This document shows positions 10,519 to 17,632 of a DNA stretch of 48,323 nt, in pieces; within the stretch, counting starts at the first letter, position 1, and each line of letters opens with the position of its first letter. Origin of the DNA: Parcubacteria group bacterium. Lineage in GTDB: Bacteria > Patescibacteriota > Minisyncoccia > Phycocordibacterales > Zambryskibacteraceae. The notes under the pieces were generated by a model, which saw nothing but the letters and a program-made list of their open reading frames with translations, ran no database searches and was not told the origin of the DNA. Both the position numbers and the translations under genes were made by a program. The stretch is taken from assembly GCA_028286805.1 (NCBI GenBank), contig JAQBQW010000019.1, positions 1 to 48,323 on the forward strand, given 5' to 3'.

Positions 10519-10547
10519 TTGACTTTTTATGTTTTGTGTGATAATAT
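10519..10547 (+). promoter_or_regulatory. sigma70-type promoter TTGACT-17-TAATAT with TG extended -10
   Basis: TTGACT at 10519-10524, TGa at 10539-10541, TAATAT at 10542-10547. It lies directly after the tRNA cluster and upstream of the SPFH-like gene. Confidence 0.55.
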
Positions 10548-10610
10548 TTTAAAGGCTGCACCTTAACACTACTTTTTTGTTTCTTAAACTGCGCATTGCG
10601 CGGAGGATAT

Positions 10611-11780
10611 ATGCCGTTGTGGCTCATCGTTATTATCCCGATTGCACTTGCAATTATCATTCTGATGTCAGTCGACACTCTCCCGCCAAATAGGTATGGA
10701 GCTATCGACTTTCTGGGTCTCGCATTTTACGAAGCGGGTCCTGGGGGTCCTGTAATTGTTGTGAAGGGCCTTATGCACATGAAAGTCTTCGATTCCCCGC
10801 TCCACGAAAAAGAGATCCCGGACGAACCCGAGTTCGTTCAGAAGGATCATCAAGATCATGTGGATACTGGGAAGAAGGCAACCATTCGCATCTCACAACG
10901 TGGCGCAAACACCGCGCTCTGGATTGATGTCGCACGTTTCAAGAAGGAGGGCAAGAATTTCGATAAGTTTCTCGACTATCTCGTTCCCCTTGGTACCTAC
11001 GCTAAGGCGAACGGCTATGACGAGGAGACTGTCGAAGCCATCAAGGCGGATCCGTATAACCAGGCAGATACTACGGAAGTTTCAGGTATATTCGCCTGGA
11101 GACATCGGAAGGCAGACGGCTTCGGGAATCCGCAAGGAGGATGCTTCGATTTCATCCGCAACATTCACAGTCTTGAAGAAGCGGACAAACGGATTGAAGA
11201 TGAGATGGTTCGTTCGTTCCAGCGAATCCTGAACGTTATTACGCCAGGACACGCATTCGAACATAGCGACATCATTTCAGACTACACCCTCCACATGCTC
11301 GAGATTCTCATCGGCGAGGAGGAAGACAAGACATCCCCCAAGAGAAAGTGTCTTCCACGCTGGGGCATCGACCTCACTAAGGCCGCGATCAAGCTGATCG
11401 ATCCTGGCGAAAGATTCAACATCGCTGTGGCGTCAGCTGCCGCTTCGGCTGCAAGGCGCCAGGAAGTCATTCGGGATGCGGAAGCGACCAAGGCTGCCAC
11501 AGAGCTTGTGGCACAGGGCACCGCCTATGCTGAAGCAAAAATTGGCATGGGTAAAGCTAGGGGTGCCGGAGCAATGGCCAAGGTTATGCAAACACCTGAA
11601 GGGCGTCAGGCTGCTGCTCAAGCGAGCGCTGAACGAGTAGCAGAAAAAGCAGACTTCATCATCACGAACTCAAATGATGGAGCCCTGACGGGAACTGTTG
11701 CGGCAATGGCGAAATCCGCTATTGCAGCATTCGCAGGTAGCACCCCTCCAACCCAACTCAACAGGGATAAGAAAAAGTAA
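10611..11780 (+). CDS. divergent SPFH/band-7 (flotillin-like) membrane protein
   Basis: I prefer the ATG at 10611, preceded by GGAGGA (10602-10607), over the track TTG at 10596. N-terminal TM (PLWLIVIIPIALAIIILM). WGIDLTKAAIKLIDPGERF plus an Ala/Glu-rich tail (AARRQEVIRDAEATKAATELVAQGTAYAEAKIG) resembles the SPFH core and flotillin tail. GC is visibly above that of its neighbours. Confidence 0.5.
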   Translation: MPLWLIVIIPIALAIIILMSVDTLPPNRYGAIDFLGLAFYEAGPGGPVIVVKGLMHMKVFDSPLHEKEIPDEPEFVQKDHQDHVDTGKKATIRISQRGANTALWIDVARFKKEGKNFDKFLDYLVPLGTYAKANGYDEETVEAIKADPYNQADTTEVSGIFAWRHRKADGFGNPQGGCFDFIRNIHSLEEADKRIEDEMVRSFQRILNVITPGHAFEHSDIISDYTLHMLEILIGEEEDKTSPKRKCLPRWGIDLTKAAIKLIDPGERFNIAVASAAASAARRQEVIRDAEATKAATELVAQGTAYAEAKIGMGKARGAGAMAKVMQTPEGRQAAAQASAERVAEKADFIITNSNDGALTGTVAAMAKSAIAAFAGSTPPTQLNRDKKK

Positions 11781-11798
11781 CAAACTAGTAGTTTCCCA

Positions 11799-11833
11799 GC
11801 GGCTTCCTTCCCACAAAGGAGCCGCTTTTTTTT
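11799..11833 (+). terminator. rho-independent terminator
   Basis: GCGGCTTCC (11799-11807) / GGAGCCGC (11818-11825) with one bulge, followed by T8 (11826-11833). Confidence 0.7.
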
Positions 11834-11838
11834 CTATA

Positions 11839-11867
11839 TTGACTTACTAAAATAAATATGTTATTAT
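11839..11867 (+). promoter_or_regulatory. sigma70-type promoter TTGACT-17-TATTAT
   Basis: TTGACT at 11839-11844 and TATTAT at 11862-11867, with a 17-nt spacer. Confidence 0.55.
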
Positions 11868-11927
11868 CTCTATTAGAGAGAGGTGAAAGCAACCTCCGTA
11901 CATAGACATCAACAAAAGGTGCGTGAT

Positions 11928-12704
11928 ATGAAAATTCTGACCGAATTTCCGTACAATCTTATCGTCATGTTCACTCTTTTCTTGCTCACCCTCTTAGGAG
12001 GCCTAGCCCTTAAGAGAAAGGGTAATGAAAAGAGTGAGCGTCCGAAAAAGAGAAAGAAACTGACATCGAATCCGGTACCTGTCGACACAGCAGGGACAAC
12101 GACAACAACTGCTGCGTCTGCAAAGGTGACGCTTGAAAACAAGTCTGGAAAGAAAGCGAGGAGCTCCGGCTGGAAGAAGTGGGTGATCATCATCATTACG
12201 ATGGCATTCATCAACCTCATGCTCTATGCGAGCTCCCCGGATCTCTACAAGTGGCTGGTGATACAGCCGTTGTATTGGATCTTCCACGCCATCGTCCTCA
12301 TTGTTGCATTCGTAACCGAGCTCGGCAGCGATACCGGCAATGAAGCAACGAAGTGGATCAAGGGAGCCTTTATCTTCTGCCTATTGCTCGCGATTGGAAC
12401 CTGGGGATACCGCAAGTATGGCCTACCTACGTCGGGTGCTGACAGTTGGGATGATTCAAATGTCCGCACTATCACCGTTACCTCGCATTGGGGCAAGACC
12501 TTCATTCCCCCTCACGAATGGGCGGGCCGTCATATGGATTGGACACCGGCGGATACGTCGCTACCATTCCAGGTAGCAACTCAGTCCGACACAGTAACCT
12601 ATCATTCGGGCGAAAAGTACAAGGACATCGGTACGATCCTCTCCTTGAACTTCCGAATGGTGAGTGATACCACCGCCAAGTTCATCGTGCGAGCCTACAA
12701 GTAG
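11928..12704 (+). CDS. hypothetical multi-pass membrane protein with a soluble C-terminal domain
   Basis: I prefer the ATG at 11928 with AAGGTG 6 nt upstream over the track GTG at 11883. About 4 predicted TM helices, a Lys/Thr-rich linker and a beta-rich C-terminus (VRTITVTSHWGKTFIPPHEW...). I see no recognisable family. Confidence 0.5.
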   Translation: MKILTEFPYNLIVMFTLFLLTLLGGLALKRKGNEKSERPKKRKKLTSNPVPVDTAGTTTTTAASAKVTLENKSGKKARSSGWKKWVIIIITMAFINLMLYASSPDLYKWLVIQPLYWIFHAIVLIVAFVTELGSDTGNEATKWIKGAFIFCLLLAIGTWGYRKYGLPTSGADSWDDSNVRTITVTSHWGKTFIPPHEWAGRHMDWTPADTSLPFQVATQSDTVTYHSGEKYKDIGTILSLNFRMVSDTTAKFIVRAYK

Positions 12705-12731
12705 TAAGCAACTGCACGGGAACTATCACCG

Positions 12732-12755
12732 GGCCGGTACGCATGCGTACCGGCC
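12732..12755 (+). terminator. perfect 24-nt palindromic hairpin downstream of 11928-12704
   Basis: GGCCGGTACGCA|TGCGTACCGGCC. The apex is CGCATGCG. It is followed by TATTT. Confidence 0.55.
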
Positions 12756-12770
12756 TATTTCTATACAAAA

Positions 12771-12792
12771 ACACTCCGCATGCGCAGAGTGT
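12771..12792 (-). terminator. hairpin terminator (bidirectional context) downstream of the pilin-like array
   Basis: ACACTC (12771-12776) / GAGTGT (12787-12792) with the same CGCATGCG apex. Flanked by AAAAA on the left and TTTT on the right. Confidence 0.5.
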
Positions 12793-12803
12793 TTTCTTTA
12801 TCG

Positions 12804-13067
12804 CTATTGGATATTCGCCGGAGGCGTAATCCCGAATGTATTCAAGACGATGTGGATTAATCCATACGCACTGAACATAACGAACATTCCGAACAACCCA
12901 TACATTATTTTGCGCTTGCCGTCTTCCCTTCCTTTGGAATCATCTGCCTTACTGATGAACTGGAATAGTCCGAAGAAGAAAATAAGAAGAGCGATGGCAA
13001 ACACAAGGATGATGATGGGGTTAATGATCAAAGCATTAACCCTGTTCAAGAATGTGTTGATGTTCAT
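12804..13067 (-). CDS. TrbC/VirB2-like (T4SS-pilin-like) small membrane protein, paralog a (no signal peptide)
   Basis: 87 aa. The core LLIFFFGLFQFISKADDSKGREDGKRKIMYGLFGMFVMFSAYGLI is shared with paralogs b-d. Confidence 0.7.
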   Translation of the reverse strand: MNINTFLNRVNALIINPIIILVFAIALLIFFFGLFQFISKADDSKGREDGKRKIMYGLFGMFVMFSAYGLIHIVLNTFGITPPANIQ

Positions 13068-13076
13068 GACAAACTG

Positions 13077-13442
13077 CTACTGAGGAAGACCTTGAACGGT
13101 AGGAACTGGGAGGCTACCTCCCTGGTCGTTTACTCCGAGAGAGTTACCGACGAATCGAACGAGTCCCCAAACAGAGACCATAACGAAGAGAGCGATCACT
13201 CCGTAGATCATTACCTGGATAGATTCCTTTCTCTTTTCTTCGTCTCCGCCGTTGAAGATAAACTTCAAGAGGCCGAAGAAGAATGCAAGAAGGGCGAGAC
13301 CGACAACAACTGGAAGCGCGTAGCTAACGAGTGTTCCAATCGATTTAATAAGATTGCCGATATTTCCGAAATAAGTCTGCGCTGAAGCGAACAGCGGAGA
13401 AACCATGAGGACTGTGAGCACTGGAAGGATAACCTTTTTCAT
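13077..13442 (-). CDS. T4SS-pilin-like small membrane protein, paralog b
   Basis: Signal peptide MKKVILPVLTVLMVSPLFASA, then two TM helices around LLAFFFGLLKFIFNGGDEEKRKESIQVMIYGVIALFVMVSVWGLVRF. Confidence 0.75.
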   Translation of the reverse strand: MKKVILPVLTVLMVSPLFASAQTYFGNIGNLIKSIGTLVSYALPVVVGLALLAFFFGLLKFIFNGGDEEKRKESIQVMIYGVIALFVMVSVWGLVRFVGNSLGVNDQGGSLPVPTVQGLPQ

Positions 13443-13526
13443 GTATACGTGATTATTTAATAAACCTTAATGGTATGTTCATAATCATACCCTCTGGTAC
13501 GGAAATTACCAGCAGCGTGGGGATAA

Positions 13527-13970
13527 TTATGAGCACGGATGCTGAAGATCGAATCCGCATGGAGGACCGGATTGATCAACATAAACAGGATCGGTACCGC
13601 CTCGAGGTGCGGGAACAAATGCACCGGGAGAATATCCTGCACCGGGAGTATATGTTCCATCTGGCTGAATATTAAACGCCGTTCCAATGAATCTCACGAG
13701 CCCCCAGACGGAAAACATTACGAATATGGCAATAAGTCCCCAGACCATTTGATTTCTTCCTTCTGCATGGCTTTTTACGTCGTCTGCTTTGAAAATAAAT
13801 TTAACCAGACCAATGAAAAACGCCAACAAACCAAGACCTCCGGCAACAAGAATAGCCGAGGAAACCAATCTTCCGCCGCCGCTGATAATCCCCTTGATTC
13901 CCTGTCCTTCATTTGCCGCAAAAGCAATTCCAGGAAGTGCGGCGATGAAAATAAGGCAGAACTTTCTCAT
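13527..13970 (-). CDS. T4SS-pilin-like small membrane protein, paralog c (Pro/Gly-rich C-terminal extension)
   Basis: Start moved to the internal ATG (MRKFCLIFIAALPGIAFA signal peptide). The track start at 14165 would overlap paralog d. Core: LLAFFIGLVKFIFKADDVKSHAEGRNQMVWGLIAIFVMFSVWGLVRF. Confidence 0.7.
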   Translation of the reverse strand: MRKFCLIFIAALPGIAFAANEGQGIKGIISGGGRLVSSAILVAGGLGLLAFFIGLVKFIFKADDVKSHAEGRNQMVWGLIAIFVMFSVWGLVRFIGTAFNIQPDGTYTPGAGYSPGAFVPAPRGGTDPVYVDQSGPPCGFDLQHPCS

Positions 13971-13972
13971 AT

Positions 13973-14317
13973 TTATTTTATTGGACGAAGGAGTGGAATT
14001 CCTCCGACGTTGTTTGAGATTCCGATATCTCTCTGGGCGAATTTTATAATTCCAAAGACGCTGAACATCACAAAGAGTGCGATGAGTCCCCAGATCATCA
14101 AGTTCTTTCCTTCTTCGTGCTCCCCTGCATCTCCGGCTTTCATAATAAATTTTGTCAAACCCCAAAGAAAAGTTAACAAAGCCAATCCTCCAACAACGGG
14201 TGTCGCAAGCGTAACGATATCGGTAAACAGTTTAACTACATCAGCAAAGGTACTGTTGTTGTTAATCTGCGCAAATGCGAGGGTGGGAGTGATCAATAAT
14301 AAAAGGTATTTTTTCAT
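13973..14317 (-). CDS. T4SS-pilin-like small membrane protein, paralog d
   Basis: Start moved to MKKYLLLLITPTLAFA (ATG 14315-14317), 1 nt after the stop of paralog e. Core: LLTFLWGLTKFIMKAGDAGEHEEGKNLMIWGLIALFVMFSVFGIIKF. Confidence 0.7.
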   Translation of the reverse strand: MKKYLLLLITPTLAFAQINNNSTFADVVKLFTDIVTLATPVVGGLALLTFLWGLTKFIMKAGDAGEHEEGKNLMIWGLIALFVMFSVFGIIKFAQRDIGISNNVGGIPLLRPIK

Positions 14318-14318
14318 T

Positions 14319-14777
14319 TTAGAATGGACAACTGCCAGATCCCTGAAGTGCACAGAGAGTGTTTCCAATTACTTGGAAAATGACCCACGATCCGAGAAGA
14401 ATGGCTGTACCGATAGCTGTATATAACAAAGCTCTGTTTGCAGTCTGAATCTTTTTCTCATCTCCTTGAGCCATAACATACAAGAAACCGGACCAAATGA
14501 ATGCAAGAACTGCGATCACTCCTCCGATAGGCATGAGAATGTTATCAAAAATACTTTTGAAGAGTTGGGGAATGGTTGTTGCTTTAGTTCCGAAAGGATT
14601 ATCAAGTTTGAAATTGATTGATTGAGTGGTTCCTCCTCCCACTGTTCCCCCTCCTGCAGGAGATCCTACTACACCACCACCAGCAGGGGTTCCCGCTGTT
14701 CCTTCGGCTCTTACTACATTAAAAGAAACCCCAAGCAAGAAAACCAAAATCAGAAAGTGTGGAAGATATTTTTTCAT
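14319..14777 (-). CDS. T4SS-pilin-like small membrane protein, divergent paralog e (Gly-rich insert)
   Basis: Signal peptide MKKYLPHFLILVFLLGVSFNVVRA, then a Gly-rich stretch, then VLAFIWSGFLYVMAQGDEKKIQTANRALLYTAIGTAILLGSW (same two-TM plus GD-loop layout). Confidence 0.65.
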   Translation of the reverse strand: MKKYLPHFLILVFLLGVSFNVVRAEGTAGTPAGGGVVGSPAGGGTVGGGTTQSINFKLDNPFGTKATTIPQLFKSIFDNILMPIGGVIAVLAFIWSGFLYVMAQGDEKKIQTANRALLYTAIGTAILLGSWVIFQVIGNTLCALQGSGSCPF

Positions 14778-15190
14778 TAATTTGATGGATTACCAAGAAG
14801 GGAGAAGCCGCCCGCAGGATCTAAGAGAGCGTTAGTAATAGTGTAAATCAGGAACCAAGCTAAGACAACGATGACATATCCCTTCAGCACCATGAGAAGC
14901 ATTTTCTTTGCATCCTTCATGGCGCCTTCGTCTCCACCGGATGTTAACAACTTAAATCCCGCGAATGCAAAGACGGCTGCAGCAAGAATAGTAGAGAGTT
15001 TAATGAGAAAGTTGATGGCATTGTGTACAAGCAGAATTAAGGAATCGATGGTGCAGGGATATGCAGTTGTACCGTTACATACAATAAGGCTGGTTTTATC
15101 TGGAGCAATCTCCTGTGCGTGAATAAATACAGGTACCACCAAAATCACAAGGACCAAGAACCCTAAAACATGCGAAAGTGGTTTTTTCAT
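14777..15190 (-). CDS. T4SS-pilin-like small membrane protein, divergent paralog f
   Basis: Signal peptide MKKPLSHVLGFLVLVILVVPVFIHA. Core: AAAVFAFAGFKLLTSGGDEGAMKDAKKMLLMVLKGYVIVVLAWFLIY. Overlaps neighbours by 1 nt and 4 nt, so it looks operonic. Confidence 0.65.
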   Translation of the reverse strand: MKKPLSHVLGFLVLVILVVPVFIHAQEIAPDKTSLIVCNGTTAYPCTIDSLILLVHNAINFLIKLSTILAAAVFAFAGFKLLTSGGDEGAMKDAKKMLLMVLKGYVIVVLAWFLIYTITNALLDPAGGFSLLGNPSN

Positions 15191-16470
15191 TTACCGAGTG
15201 TATTTAGTTTATCTTCTGCTGTGCGGAGCGCGTTGGATCTGTCAGATCTTCCGGAGGTAACTGAATCAATCATATCAGTAAAGATTTTTCTGGTCTTAAC
15301 AGTATCCGGATCCAACCATCCTTTGGCTTGAATGGCAGCGTCATAGAAAGTGCTCAAATATAAATCTCCCGGCTTGTTTGCCAACAGAGTTCGTCTTGCC
15401 GGTGCAATTCCAAGAAGCGTTGCTAACTTGCTCGAGGTATCAGATGAAGAAAGCTTCAGCGCGGCACTGTATGCAGCGGCTTGGTTTGGAGAACTTTTTA
15501 CAATAGCTACCGCTTTCATCTGGCCGAATGTAAAGGATTTGCCCGCAACTCGAGACTGGGGCACCGCCATAATACCAAGAGCAAGTGTTGGAGATTTTGC
15601 TTTTAATTCTCTGAGTTCACTCGCAAATCCCAAGTAGAGGGCGCTGTCTCCGGAAATAAACGAGGTTAAGGCCGGAAGCTGGGATCTATTCCACGAATAA
15701 AACGGCTTAGCGGGATCAGAGAATTGAGTGTAGAAATCCAATGCGGAATCTGCGGGAGAATTTGGAAGGTTATACGCATTCAAAAGTTCTGAATTGATCG
15801 AAGAACCCTGGATATCTGTAATCGGAGTACCGGCTTGAAGCATGAGGAGCGAAAGAATCTCTTTTGCATGGGGAATGTTCGAAGAGGTGCCGAGAGCAAT
15901 AGCAGATTTCGTAATGTTCCCCGCGTTATCTCGCGCGGTGAGTTTAGCCGCGTAATCATACATCTGGTCCCAATATGCGGGAGGAAGGGCAAGAGAAGCG
16001 CTCGAGAGCAAGTCTCGGTTGTAGAACATCACCAACGGATCAATGGTCAGAGGAAGGGCGTAGGATCCCGCTGAATTCAAAAACAATGTTCCTTCGTCTG
16101 CAAACGTATTAATGAAATCTTTCTGACTCACCGTTGTATAAGGAATGATCGAGAGTTTATTCCTCTGCTTCCAAACTTTGTCTTGAGACAAGATCACCAG
16201 ATCCGGTCCCGTACCTTCTGCCAATGCTTCGGTGAAATCGGTGTCAAAGGTATCTGCAGACTTTTCCGTATAGGTGAGGGTAAGGGTGCTGTCGCTCGAA
16301 AGACCGGATTCACTGAGGAAGGTATTGAAATCATACGAAGAAATATCTCCCCAAATAGTAATCCGAGCACTCGTCGTTCCAGAACCGGTGTGGACGAAAG
16401 AGAATACAAGGACCGCACCGACGATGGCTACTCCAAAAAAGAGGAGAAGGAAAAGCTGAAATTTCGACAT
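15187..16470 (-). CDS. extracellular solute-binding protein (ABC SBP family 1-like), no permease or ATPase nearby
   Basis: Start moved to MSKFQLFLLLFFGVAIVGAVLVF (ATG 16468-16470). The track start would overlap the upstream gene. MalE-like pattern: ITIWGD..., GTGPDLVILSQDKVW, PLTIDPLVMFYNRDLL. Confidence 0.65.
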   Translation of the reverse strand: MSKFQLFLLLFFGVAIVGAVLVFSFVHTGSGTTSARITIWGDISSYDFNTFLSESGLSSDSTLTLTYTEKSADTFDTDFTEALAEGTGPDLVILSQDKVWKQRNKLSIIPYTTVSQKDFINTFADEGTLFLNSAGSYALPLTIDPLVMFYNRDLLSSASLALPPAYWDQMYDYAAKLTARDNAGNITKSAIALGTSSNIPHAKEILSLLMLQAGTPITDIQGSSINSELLNAYNLPNSPADSALDFYTQFSDPAKPFYSWNRSQLPALTSFISGDSALYLGFASELRELKAKSPTLALGIMAVPQSRVAGKSFTFGQMKAVAIVKSSPNQAAAYSAALKLSSSDTSSKLATLLGIAPARRTLLANKPGDLYLSTFYDAAIQAKGWLDPDTVKTRKIFTDMIDSVTSGRSDRSNALRTAEDKLNTLGK

Positions 16471-16486
16471 TACAAATATTGTATCA

Positions 16487-16957
16487 TCAATTTTTAAAGA
16501 TGTAGCCTGTCTGTCCACGGCCCGCATCGAATGCGCGCTCAAAAACCAATCCCGAGGTTTCGAGAACTTCGCGGATACCAACCATTTTTTCAACCAAACA
16601 TACCTTGCCTCCCTTCTTCACAATTCTCTTGGCTTCCGCACACGCTCCCGCTTTGTCCTCGAGTCTTGAAAAGATATGCGAAAACACCGCTCCATCGAGG
16701 ACTCCAGACCGAAGACTGGTTCCTCTTTCAATGTCTCCGATCATCACCTCAATATTTTGTCTTCCTTCCATCATGGCGGTTTTCTTTAACCGAGAAAGCG
16801 ACGAGGGTTCGAGATCCACCGCAATCACTCGCCCCATGTTCCCCACTGCGGTCGAAAGTGCTGCCGTATAAAATCCGCTGCCGCTGCCGAGATCCGCAAC
16901 TTTTTGTCCGGGAATAAATCCGAATTCGAGGACGTTGTGGATCGGATCGTTTTTCAT
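16487..16957 (-). CDS. class I SAM-dependent methyltransferase
   Basis: Motif I VADLGSGSGFYTAALS. I prefer the ATG at 16955-16957 (MKNDPIHN...). The track TTG start at 16972 would include the TATAAT box. Confidence 0.7.
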   Translation of the reverse strand: MKNDPIHNVLEFGFIPGQKVADLGSGSGFYTAALSTAVGNMGRVIAVDLEPSSLSRLKKTAMMEGRQNIEVMIGDIERGTSLRSGVLDGAVFSHIFSRLEDKAGACAEAKRIVKKGGKVCLVEKMVGIREVLETSGLVFERAFDAGRGQTGYIFKN

Positions 16958-16963
16958 GTAGAT

Positions 16964-16969
16964 ATTATA
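16964..16969 (-). promoter_or_regulatory. -10 box TATAAT exactly 6 nt before the ATG at 16957 (leaderless-type)
   Basis: Minus strand reads cttgTATAATatctacATG. Confidence 0.45.
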
Positions 16970-16983
16970 CAAGCAAATGAAAT

Positions 16984-17015
16984 AAAAAAAGCCCGAACTG
17001 CTGGAACAGTTAGGG
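16984..17015 (-). terminator. hairpin terminator of 17010-17567 (stop codon inside the stem)
   Basis: CCCGAACTG (16992-17000) / CAGTTAGGG (17007-17015) with one mismatch. On the minus strand it is followed by C+T7. Confidence 0.5.
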
Positions 17016-17567
17016 TTTATCAGTATCGATGGCCGAAAGAATGAAGACCGTTTCGTCTAATCTATCCCACTCGTGTCCGGGATAATCGAAAATAGTCTGC
17101 ATACTCCATGTTCCGTCCTCTTGTCGGCACAGAGCAAGACAGTCTGGATTACCCGGCGGCATTTGCAGATCTGCAATAAACACAATCCGCTTGTGCCCCC
17201 ATTCGAACAGTATGTTGAGGGGATATCGCGCAGAGAAATGCAGCACGAACTCAAGTGGGGTGCGTTGACTGCCTTCGTGTTCCCCTACTCGACAGAGATG
17301 ATCTGTTGAATTCATCTCAGGAGTAATGATGCGTTCTTCTGGGTCCAGAATGACAGGACGATACAAACGGCCGTGTGTTGGAATGTACGGAAATTGCTTA
17401 TCTGGATCTCCGAAAAAACGTTCGCCCAGATCAGCTTCCCAGGCGATTTTTCTTTCTGCAAGACCAGCAAGCAATGCATCACGCGATTCTCCCTTTGAAA
17501 CAAATGGGTCAAGGGGAAATCCTAGTGGTTCAAGAGCCGTAGGCGGCTCAAGACGTGATCTAATCAT
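17010..17567 (-). CDS. hypothetical cytosolic protein (GC-elevated ORFan)
   Basis: 185 aa with a strong SD (GGAGGA 4 nt before the ATG) and its own terminator. I recognise no motif. Confidence 0.5.
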   Translation of the reverse strand: MIRSRLEPPTALEPLGFPLDPFVSKGESRDALLAGLAERKIAWEADLGERFFGDPDKQFPYIPTHGRLYRPVILDPEERIITPEMNSTDHLCRVGEHEGSQRTPLEFVLHFSARYPLNILFEWGHKRIVFIADLQMPPGNPDCLALCRQEDGTWSMQTIFDYPGHEWDRLDETVFILSAIDTDKP

Positions 17568-17632
17568 GAGCTCCTCCGGGTTTAATGGTTCCGATTTAAA
17601 ACTTTACTCCTGTATTCCGGAGAGTCAACCAC

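Noticed and set aside
10092-10678. ORFs 10092-10508 (-, 138 aa) and 10331-10678 (-, 115 aa)
   Set aside because: They lie entirely over four well-folding plus-strand tRNA genes (Cys, Leu, Lys, Leu). Their Pro/Gly/Arg-rich translations are typical of reading through tRNA sequence.
13457-14426. ORF 13539-14426 (+, 295 aa) and small ORFs antisense to the pilin-like array
   Set aside because: They are antisense to four tightly packed paralogs with clear signal peptides and a conserved core. The translation is low-complexity, with no start signals.
15187-16593. N-terminal extensions in the ORF track (also 13527-14165, 13973-14368, 20088-20537, 23575, 27019, 27553, 30805, 45152, 16972 and 33472)
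   Set aside because: The track opens ORFs at the first ATG, GTG or TTG. The extensions overlap upstream genes or contain the promoter -10 box. Internal ATGs give signal peptides, tight operon junctions or canonical N-termini.
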